Translations under genes and position numbers: made by a program | From: Syntrophaceae bacterium UBA4054 | GTDB lineage: Bacteria; Desulfobacterota; Syntrophia; Syntrophales; UBA4778 | Reading direction: 5' to 3' | DNA: 64,000 nt | Assembly: GCA_002383495.1 (NCBI GenBank) | Contig: DFZO01000022.1 | Location: 4,465-68,464, forward strand | Shown here: positions 36,089 to 43,580 of the stretch, in pieces | How the letters are laid out: each line of letters starts with the position of its first letter | Position numbering within the stretch: position 1 is the stretch's first letter | The notes under the pieces: model-generated | The model's database searches: none | What the model saw: only the letters and a program-made list of their open reading frames with translations | Told to the model about the DNA's origin: nothing

Positions 36089-37551
36089 AGCCAGTCTTTC
36101 ACCCGCTTCGTCGCCTGGCAGTCGTCCTCGTTGTAATCCACAACGGCGTCCATTTTCTCCCGATAACCGGCGGGATCCCGCTGGTATCTCAGGTAGTAAG
36201 CGATGGCGTCGAGGGCGTTGATGTCCTCGTGACGCCATTTGTAACCGATGAAGGCAGCCACATCCTTGAGGCCGTTTGAATAGGTGGGAAAGACAAAGGC
36301 CGTCGTGGCCACGCGGTGAAGGTCGACCATGTGGGGGAATATCAGAGCATCTGCTTCTTCCGTGAGGCCATGTCTTTCGGCAAGCCGTTTCAGATGCCAT
36401 TTCTCGTAATTGTGCCAGTGATACAAAACGTAATCCTTTTCGGGTCGCAGATAACCCAGAAAGTCGGAGAACATCCGCCCCTCCTCCTCGAAGCGGCGCG
36501 CCATGAAAGGCCTGTATTCTTCCCCGCCGTCCCTCCGGGTCAAAATGCCGATGAGATAGTCCACGGGCTCTTCCTCACCTTCCAGATCCGGCTCGTCTGT
36601 TCCCTCCAGATCCAGAAAGATTTCCAGAGATTTTTCAGGAAATCGGAGGGCTGACGGGTCCAGGAGAATGGGCTGCCCGTCTGATATGGCCTTTGCGCTG
36701 AGAATGAGTTTTCTCGCCGTTGCCTCGCTGATGCCCTGTATCTTTGTCAGGGCCTCCGGTTTCGCGTAGGCGATGTCCCATACCTTGCGGTAGCCCAGTG
36801 CCGCGAGCTTTTCTTTGGTCTTCGGGCCGACCTGCCCCACAAGAGAGACGTCCCTGCTTTTGAGGGCCTGATGGTTGGTGTACCTCTCCCAGGGCCACTC
36901 CGACCCGTTATACGTGGGAGTGGGGAATTCGAGGCCGTCAAGGATCGCCTGTGTCCCTCTCATAGCCTTGGAAAGGTCTTCTTCGTGATCCGCGAATCGA
37001 TAGTCGAAGACCCGGTAGTCATGATTGACGATCGAGAAGGTTTCCGGCTGGAATTCCTGTATTTTTGCGACAAGGTATGTGTATAGGGCCCCCTGCAGGA
37101 TATGCTCTCTCCGGATCTTTCGCGAGAGCTTGATCTCCTTCACGGCGTAATGGTAATCGCCGAAAATGGAAGCGTGATCGTTTCGCCGTTCAAGGACATC
37201 GATCCTGCCCTGCATGTTTTCCGGGAGATGAAAGAGGGGAAGGCCGCAGATGACAGGCGCTCCCCGCGCCATTTCCTCCAGGATCTTCCTGAAACCCTCC
37301 TCCGGCTTGTCATAAGCGAGAGAGCGGTATCCCGGATAGGTTCTTTCGATCACCCTGCGCTCGTGTTCGATGCCTCTCTCCAGGAGGAGTTCCCGGTAAG
37401 GGCTTCGGTAATCCTTTTCCGCTTCTTCCACGAATTTTTCGCAGTAGATCATGTAGGGAGCCGTGAGATACAGGGACACGTTCCGGGGCATCAGATCGCC
37501 TTTGAAGGGTCCGGAAAGGCAGCGGTGGAATATCTTCTCAACAACGGTCAT
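36040..37551 (-). CDS. TM0106-family RecB-like nuclease (N-terminal PD-(D/E)xK-like, HhH middle, C-terminal RNase H-like exonuclease fold)
   Basis: 503 aa. The middle carries VGPKTKEKLAALGY (HhH) and the C-terminal part carries YHWHNYEKWHL and YNEDDCQAT. The family assignment is from memory of TIGR03491-type proteins. Confidence 0.6.
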   Translation of the reverse strand: MTVVEKIFHRCLSGPFKGDLMPRNVSLYLTAPYMIYCEKFVEEAEKDYRSPYRELLLERGIEHERRVIERTYPGYRSLAYDKPEEGFRKILEEMARGAPVICGLPLFHLPENMQGRIDVLERRNDHASIFGDYHYAVKEIKLSRKIRREHILQGALYTYLVAKIQEFQPETFSIVNHDYRVFDYRFADHEEDLSKAMRGTQAILDGLEFPTPTYNGSEWPWERYTNHQALKSRDVSLVGQVGPKTKEKLAALGYRKVWDIAYAKPEALTKIQGISEATARKLILSAKAISDGQPILLDPSALRFPEKSLEIFLDLEGTDEPDLEGEEEPVDYLIGILTRRDGGEEYRPFMARRFEEEGRMFSDFLGYLRPEKDYVLYHWHNYEKWHLKRLAERHGLTEEADALIFPHMVDLHRVATTAFVFPTYSNGLKDVAAFIGYKWRHEDINALDAIAYYLRYQRDPAGYREKMDAVVDYNEDDCQATKRVKDWLQERSLDPDLQASGKR

Positions 37552-37637
37552 GACGGTTCACGTTTCCCGATTTTCGATATCCGAATTCACGAATGCCTAT
37601 AGGCAATTTCCGAATTCCGTTTTTTGGCTTCCTCTGT

Positions 37638-39086
37638 CTATTTTGTCTTCGATCGGACCTTGACGACCACAGCAATGGACGGGGGTTTATCGCCGATGAA
37701 ACGCACTTCCGGCGGCAAAAGAAGCTCGGGATTAAACGTTGTGGTTGTGTTTATGGATGAGAGATCCAGGGGCTTGGTTTTTAAAACGATGCCGTTGTTG
37801 CGAAGCCTTGGCGATATGAGAACATTGACCGCGGGCGGCGCGACCTCTATCCGCTGGAGTGTGACGTTCTGAGGCAGGCTTCCCGTTGTCCTGACCTCCA
37901 CGGGGAGGGAGACCCTGAGAAGGCGGTAGGTCGTTACATAAACACGTTCCGGTTTGATGCCGACAATGGAGAGGCTGGCAGGTGTGTTGACCATGTCCTT
38001 GGTGAGGGTTACTTCCTGTCCACCCTGTTTGACCTGGGACATGTCCAGAGAAATTTTCAGTTTTGCGGTATCGTAAAGACGGAAGGCCTGCTCGGGCCCT
38101 TTGAGCATGACCTTGGCCTCGGTGATTTTCGGTTCATCCATCACCCATTCCGTCGCGAGGTTGCGGTATTCAATGGGAACCATTAAATCCCTTTGCACGA
38201 TTTCTCTCTGATATCCGAAACCTAACCATATCAGGCACGCGAGAAGGATGGCCGTTACCTTCTCGGCGAGATTTTCCTTGAACCAGAGAAAGAAAGGGAG
38301 GGTTTTTTTTCGAGGCATTTTCTTTTCATAGAAATCATCCAGAACGACTTTGAGCTTGGCCGCGTTATCCAGAATCCTGAGTTCCTTGTCACGGGCGACG
38401 GAAATCGTCCCGCGTTCCTCGGAAACGACGATGCAGAGCGCATCGGAGCGCTCGGAGAGTCCGAGAGCCGCCGTGTGCCTCAGTCCGAGGTTTCCGAATT
38501 CCTGGACATTGGATGAGAGGGGCAGGTGTGTTCCGAATTCGATGATCCGGCCCTGATCGATGATGACAGCGCCGTCGTGACCCATGGAGTTGGGATCGAA
38601 GATGCTTTCCAGAACCGGCTGGCTCAGAATACCTTCGAGTCGCGTGCCGCCCTGGATGTGTCTCTCCAGGGGTTCCTCTCCCTGGAGAACGATAAGCGCC
38701 CCGATCCTTTTTCTCGAAAGATCCCGAACACTCTGCGCAATAATCTCGGCGGCGTGCTCCTCAGAGGATCCGTAAGCCTTCTTTCTTATCCTTCCCCAGA
38801 TGGCGAGGCGCTCAAAAAACCGCCGGAGTTCTTCTTGAAAAATCACTATGAGGGCGAAGATGATGACGGCAAAGACAGATTGAAGAATAACGGCCGTCAT
38901 GTAAAGCTGAAAGAATCTCGACAGCATGTAGACAATGCCCAGGAGAGCGATTCCCGCGAGGACAAATCGCGACGCCGTTTTCTTGAACCACAGGAGGAGT
39001 CCGTAGATCATGACGGCGATCATGAGGATGTCGATAAGATCCTGAACTCTGAAGGTATGAAGGATGGACGATATTTCGCCCTGCAT
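37638..39086 (-). CDS. cdaA: diadenylate cyclase CdaA fused to a TM + YbbR (CdaR-like) repeat region
   Basis: Three N-terminal TMs are followed by a DAC domain (GALIVLQG, GHDGAVII, GLRHTAALGLSE, VVSEERGTISV). An extra TM and about 190 aa of YbbR-like beta repeats follow. Confidence 0.8.
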   Translation of the reverse strand: MQGEISSILHTFRVQDLIDILMIAVMIYGLLLWFKKTASRFVLAGIALLGIVYMLSRFFQLYMTAVILQSVFAVIIFALIVIFQEELRRFFERLAIWGRIRKKAYGSSEEHAAEIIAQSVRDLSRKRIGALIVLQGEEPLERHIQGGTRLEGILSQPVLESIFDPNSMGHDGAVIIDQGRIIEFGTHLPLSSNVQEFGNLGLRHTAALGLSERSDALCIVVSEERGTISVARDKELRILDNAAKLKVVLDDFYEKKMPRKKTLPFFLWFKENLAEKVTAILLACLIWLGFGYQREIVQRDLMVPIEYRNLATEWVMDEPKITEAKVMLKGPEQAFRLYDTAKLKISLDMSQVKQGGQEVTLTKDMVNTPASLSIVGIKPERVYVTTYRLLRVSLPVEVRTTGSLPQNVTLQRIEVAPPAVNVLISPRLRNNGIVLKTKPLDLSSINTTTTFNPELLLPPEVRFIGDKPPSIAVVVKVRSKTK

Positions 39087-39167
39087 CAGGCCTTTCCTCT
39101 ATGGAGTTTGTTCATGGATGGTTCCATGTCTAAAAATGTATTGAAAAGCATGTTTCACAGCAGGCTG

Positions 39168-40007
39168 TTAAAGGTTAAATGTCATGTCAGATGACACGGC
39201 GAAGCATTTCAAAAGCGATCCGCGCTCCCTTATGATCTTCCGGCAGTCATCGACGATCCGGTCCATGTCATCATCCGTCCTGTCCTGGTTCAGGTGATAG
39301 AGGCCGAGTTCACCGGCACCGGCGCGGAGAGCAAGATCAACGGCGCTTGTATAGGCGGAATGCCCCCAGGTCTTGAAGGTCTTGTATTCTTCCGGCGTGA
39401 ACTCGGCGTCATGGATGAGGAGGTCCGCGCCGGTCGCAAAGGCCTCATAAGCAGGGACGTCGAGACCTCCGGGGTGAATAAAGCCAAGTTCATTGTCGGT
39501 AATGAAAACGAAGGTCTTCCCGTTCTCGATAAACTTGTAGCCGCTCCCCTGGTTTGGATGGCTCAGACGGATCCGCGAGACCTGAACCGAGCCGATTTCA
39601 AAACTCATCGGGCAGTCCTGCTCGATATCGATGCGGGCCTTTACATCGTTGAAGCTGACAGGGAAATTGGGCGGCGACATAACTTTGGAAAGCATCGTAT
39701 GGACGTATCTCAAGGCAAAGGGACATCCATGGATTCGTATGTCGCTCTGGGGGAGATAAAGGGGCCTGAAAAAGGGAAAGCCAATGAGGTGATCCCAGTG
39801 AGCGTGAGTGAATATGAGATGGCAGTTGTAACGCTCCTCCTGAATCAGCTGGTTCCCAAGTCTTCGAATTCCTGTTCCGGCATCCACAATAATGATTTCA
39901 CCGCTTGCTGCCCTGATTTCGACGCAGGCGGTGTCACCGCCGTATTTGATATATTCCTTTCCGGAGACGGGGATGGAGCCCCTTGATCCCCAAGATTTTA
40001 TGAGCAT
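39168..40007 (-). CDS. MBL-fold metallo-hydrolase
   Basis: HxHxDH motif (THAHWDH). The start is taken at MLIKSWGSRGSIPVSG. The ORF extends to 40073. Confidence 0.8.
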   Translation of the reverse strand: MLIKSWGSRGSIPVSGKEYIKYGGDTACVEIRAASGEIIIVDAGTGIRRLGNQLIQEERYNCHLIFTHAHWDHLIGFPFFRPLYLPQSDIRIHGCPFALRYVHTMLSKVMSPPNFPVSFNDVKARIDIEQDCPMSFEIGSVQVSRIRLSHPNQGSGYKFIENGKTFVFITDNELGFIHPGGLDVPAYEAFATGADLLIHDAEFTPEEYKTFKTWGHSAYTSAVDLALRAGAGELGLYHLNQDRTDDDMDRIVDDCRKIIRERGSLLKCFAVSSDMTFNL

Positions 40008-40247
40008 TTTTTGTGCCTTTCGAATAACTATGGGATTGTGTGAAGATGAAAATTGAGGTACGCTAATACCCATTCAAGGGCATCGATGGCATAACGTGAT
40101 ATCCGGCATAGAGACAAGCACCTCAATTTTGCGTGATTCTATAATAGTTCAAACGAGTTGTCAAACATTCAATGGCCTTGTGATGTACTTTTGCATGAAA
40201 AAGACAGGGTGGGTCTCTTTTTAATAGCACAGGAAGGGAGTTTTGAA

Positions 40248-40799
40248 ATGGCAAGAACTATCATTGTGCTATGTCTTTTTATCGGTCTTTTCCTGATGAC
40301 CGGTGAGGTTGCGGGAAAGTCATACTACCGCTGGACGGATGCTGACGGGGTTACGCAGTTGAGTGATCAGCCTCCAGCGAACAGGAGTTATGAGCAGGTT
40401 CTGATACCGGATGAGAGCCGGGAGGGAGGGGCTGTCCAATCATCCGCCGAAAGTGCAAAAAACGGGAAAGAGGATAAAGCACCGACGGAGGAACAGGAAA
40501 AGACAACAAAAAAGCAGGATGATGTCGTTAAAGATCTTGAGGAGATGGCAAAGCATTATGAGGAGGAGGGCGGGATAACGGCAGGGAAGCTGGCCGCGCT
40601 GAAAGAGGCCGCCGTTGTCGTGAAGAAGGCAAAAATGGACGGAAGCGAAGCAGACGAAGCATTTTACCTCAAGATCGAGGAACTGGTGAGGTCCATCAAG
40701 AATCACACGCAGATCATCGGGAGGGTCCACAGGCTTTTGAATGAGGCCAAGGTCATGAAGGGCCTTGCCCCGCCCGCGAAACAGGAAGAGTCAGAATAG
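40248..40799 (+). CDS. secreted DUF4124 domain protein with acidic/lysine-rich C-terminal region
   Basis: Signal peptide followed by YYRWTDADGVTQLSDQPP (DUF4124 signature). RBS GGAAGGGAG. Confidence 0.7.
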   Translation: MARTIIVLCLFIGLFLMTGEVAGKSYYRWTDADGVTQLSDQPPANRSYEQVLIPDESREGGAVQSSAESAKNGKEDKAPTEEQEKTTKKQDDVVKDLEEMAKHYEEEGGITAGKLAALKEAAVVVKKAKMDGSEADEAFYLKIEELVRSIKNHTQIIGRVHRLLNEAKVMKGLAPPAKQEESE

Positions 40800-40839
40800 A
40801 AAATGCCGTTGGTGATTAGCCGGCGGTCCGCCATCCAAT

Positions 40840-40870
40840 AAAAAAAAGCAGCCGGAAGGCTGCTTTTTTT
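40840..40870. terminator. bidirectional intrinsic terminator (A8-GCAGCC-GGAA-GGCTGC-T7)
   Basis: It lies between the convergent genes ending at 40799 (+) and 40892 (-). Confidence 0.8.
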
Positions 40871-40891
40871 ATGATCGGACGTGTCCGGGCT

Positions 40892-41203
40892 CTATCCGCA
40901 GCTGCAGGAACCGCAGCCGGCGGCCGCCAGGTTGGCGGTGATGTAATAACCGGACCCTCTGGGGGTTTCGATGAAATCCACTTTGATGGGTTTCACTTCT
41001 TCAAACAATTCCCGGTTGATCATGAAGGTCAGGCCCTTTTCCTTGAATACCTCGTCGTTTTCCTGAAGCTCATCCAGAGCCATTCCCATGGAAGGACCCG
41101 ATCACCCGCCCTCGTTCAGAAGCAGGCGGATGGATGGAATCTCTTCTCTGTCCTTGAAATAGTCTTTGAGCATCTCGATCGCCTTATCGGAAATTTCGAT
41201 CAT
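40892..41203 (-). CDS. HesB/IscA-like protein with in-frame UGA (probable selenocysteine) at 41104..41102
   Basis: ATG 41203 has RBS AAGGAG. The translation is MIEISDKAIEMLKDYFKDREEIPSIRLLLNEGG-[TGA]-SGPSMGMALDELQ...AAAGCGSCSCG. The UGA sits where IscA/HesB proteins carry Cys in GGC(S/A)G. The ORF track shows only the 65-aa downstream part. Confidence 0.7.
41060..41093 (-). promoter_or_regulatory. candidate bacterial SECIS hairpin downstream of the UGA
   Basis: The mRNA reads UGA-N8-UUCC-AUGGGAAUG-GCUC-UGGAU-GAGC-UUCA-GGAA. It has a lower 4-bp stem, an internal loop, an upper 4-bp stem and a G-containing apical loop beginning 26 nt after the UGA. Confidence 0.45.
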
Positions 41204-41289
41204 GTGATTCTCCTTTGCTGATTTTTTATGGCTATAACCTATGCATTCCCCGGCGCCCTGTCAAACATATTTAATGACCCGGCGCCCCT

Positions 41290-41889
41290 TTACCTTCTTT
41301 TCAAAATGACTTTGCCTCCTTGATGATCAATGGAAACCTGAAAGTCCGCGAGAAAACTCATTCCCAGCAATCCGTCAAAATCCTTGAAGACATTGGCCTG
41401 GGGGTTTATCACGGCCTGGACGTTTTCCCTGGACGCCGAACCAAGCTCGATTTTATCGATAATCGTATATCGCCCTTCAACCTCGCCTCCGGCTGTCCTC
41501 AGCTTGACGCGTTTGTCGCCTCCCCGGTCGCCCTGATTTATTTTCTGTGAAAGCTCCTGGGAGATGATGACAAGGGCCGCGCCCGTGTCAAAAACCATTC
41601 TTGCCCGCACGGAACCATTGATGACGACATCCACGAGCATGATTCCCGAAGGCGTTCTGAAAAAGGGGACATGGAACTCGTTTGTCAATCCGCTGCCGGT
41701 CTGCGACGACGCCGGGCTGAAAATCTTTTTTGCCCCGCTCCGGTGTGACGGGGGGATATTCAGGAGGTCGTCCGAAAAGGTGACCGTGCCGTCATCGTCC
41801 ACCCATTTGTAGATCTCCGCATTGGCGGAGGAGAAGAAAAAGGGCAGTACGAAGACCATGAACAAGAAGTATTTTTTTATTCTCTTCAT
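41290..41889 (-). CDS. secreted DUF4124 + retropepsin-like (clan AA) aspartic protease
   Basis: The signal peptide MKRIKKYFLFMVFVLPFFFSSANA is followed by IYKWVDDDGTVTFSD. The protease core is MVFDTGAALVIIS (D-T/S-G). The ORF extends to 42129. Confidence 0.7.
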   Translation of the reverse strand: MKRIKKYFLFMVFVLPFFFSSANAEIYKWVDDDGTVTFSDDLLNIPPSHRSGAKKIFSPASSQTGSGLTNEFHVPFFRTPSGIMLVDVVINGSVRARMVFDTGAALVIISQELSQKINQGDRGGDKRVKLRTAGGEVEGRYTIIDKIELGSASRENVQAVINPQANVFKDFDGLLGMSFLADFQVSIDHQGGKVILKRR

Positions 41890-42107
41890 TTGTGTTTTCC
41901 GATGCTTGATATCTATTCCTATCTCAATCCGTCTATCCTTGGCAAGGATTATCGAAGGATCATGACGAGGAAGAATTTTGTAGTTTTCATGAACATCCAA
42001 ATCATTTATAGTATACCGTCGATCCTGCGCGGAGAAGCGCGGTAGCTGCGTGAAAGAAACGATTACAAGAACCTCTTTTGATGTCCGGAAAAGAAAGGAG
42101 AAATCCG

Positions 42108-43376
42108 ATGTTTGATTACATGCTGACAAAGGAGCAGATCAGGATCAGGGATGAGGCGAGGGATCTCGTGAAGTGGGTGCCGCGCCAGATGATCCTGGAC
42201 ATGGACACGGACAAGATCAAATTCCCCAAGGAATTCCTTAAGGAAGCGGCCCGGCGGAACCTCATGGGCTGCCGCTACCCGAAGAAGTGGGGCGGTCGGG
42301 ACATGGACTGGGTCACCACCTGCGTGGTGATGGAAGAGGTGGGCACGCTCGGCTATGAATTCGCCTGTGTCTTCGGCGTGGGGGCGGAACTGGTCTGCGA
42401 CGCCGTCATCCTCCACGGAACAGACGAACAGAAGGAGAAGTACGTGAGACCCCTCCTGAGGGGGGACCTCTTCGCCGCCGAATGCCTGACGGAGCCGAGA
42501 GGCGGGTCCGACTTCTTCGGCGCCACCACGAAGGCCGAGGATAAAGGGGATCATTTTATTCTGAACGGCCAGAAACGCTTCATCGTCGGCGCGGAGGGCG
42601 CGGACTTTTTTCTCGTGTACGCCCGCACGGCCCCCGGGGCAAAGCCTCAGGAATCCATCACCTGCTTCATCGTGGACCGGGGTCCCGGCGTGGAGACCAA
42701 GTATCTTTACGGCCTTCTCGGCTGCCGGGGCGGCGGGACCGGACGCATCATCTTTCGGAACGTGAAAGTTCCCAAGGAGAACATCATCGGGAAACTCAAC
42801 GGGGCCTACGACGTTTTCAATACCATGATGATCCCGGAACGGCTGGGGACGGCGGCCATGACCATCGGCGCCGCCCGCCCTGCTCTTGACATCGCGACGG
42901 AGTACACGTCCCGCAGAAAGGCCTTCGGCCAGGTGATCAACCGTTTTCAGGGGGTGAGCTTTCAGGTGGCCGAGGCAGCCATTCTCCTGGACGCGTCGCG
43001 AGCCATGGCCTACGTGACGGCCCGGGCCGTGGACGCCGGCGTGGACATGGATCGAATCCGCCGCATGGTCTCGGAGAGCAAGAAGTTCATCACCGAATCC
43101 TGTCAGAAGGCGGTCCACAACGCCATGCAGGTCATGGGCGGGATCGCATACACCAATGTATTCCCCATCGAGCGGATCTACCGCGATATCCGTCTCGCCT
43201 CCATCTGGACCGGGACGAGCGAGGTTATGGCCATGGTTGCAGGTCATGAATGGTACCGGGAATATTTCAAGGAGAAGGCGAAGCGTCTGGCACGGGATTT
43301 CGAGGCGGACGCCGAGGAAGCCCATTCCGAAGAGAAGTGTTATGATGATGAGGATATGTGGAAGAAGGGCTGGTGA
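42108..43376 (+). CDS. acyl-CoA dehydrogenase with about 45-aa charged C-terminal extension
   Basis: Starts MFDYMLTKEQIRIRDEARD with RBS AAAGGAG. The ACAD core runs to ...IWTGTSEVM, followed by the tail EWYREYFKEKAKRLARDFEADAEEAHSEEKCYDDEDMWKKGW. Confidence 0.85.
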   Translation: MFDYMLTKEQIRIRDEARDLVKWVPRQMILDMDTDKIKFPKEFLKEAARRNLMGCRYPKKWGGRDMDWVTTCVVMEEVGTLGYEFACVFGVGAELVCDAVILHGTDEQKEKYVRPLLRGDLFAAECLTEPRGGSDFFGATTKAEDKGDHFILNGQKRFIVGAEGADFFLVYARTAPGAKPQESITCFIVDRGPGVETKYLYGLLGCRGGGTGRIIFRNVKVPKENIIGKLNGAYDVFNTMMIPERLGTAAMTIGAARPALDIATEYTSRRKAFGQVINRFQGVSFQVAEAAILLDASRAMAYVTARAVDAGVDMDRIRRMVSESKKFITESCQKAVHNAMQVMGGIAYTNVFPIERIYRDIRLASIWTGTSEVMAMVAGHEWYREYFKEKAKRLARDFEADAEEAHSEEKCYDDEDMWKKGW

Positions 43377-43455
43377 GAAAGTATAAAAAAATCTGCTCCA
43401 AGGGGTTTTACAACGTTTTAATGGATTAGCTGGTTATTAAGAACACACTATTTTA

Positions 43456-43579
43456 CAGACTGCTCAAAAATGTTTAGATGCAAGGCGCGCAAGAACTGAA
43501 GAGCGAGGCGTACATGGACGTACGTTGAGCGATGAATTTTGCAGCGCAACGCAGCAGATGAGCGTTTTTGAGCAGTCTG
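43456..43579. repeat. MITE-like palindromic intergenic element, copy C (inverted relative to D/E)
   Basis: The terminal inverted repeats are CAGACTGCTCAAAAA...TTTTTGAGCAGTCTG. The subterminal GCTCATCTGCTGCGTTGCGCT and GCGCGCCTTGCATCTAA are shared with 54199 and 55008. Confidence 0.75.
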
Positions 43580-43580
43580 T

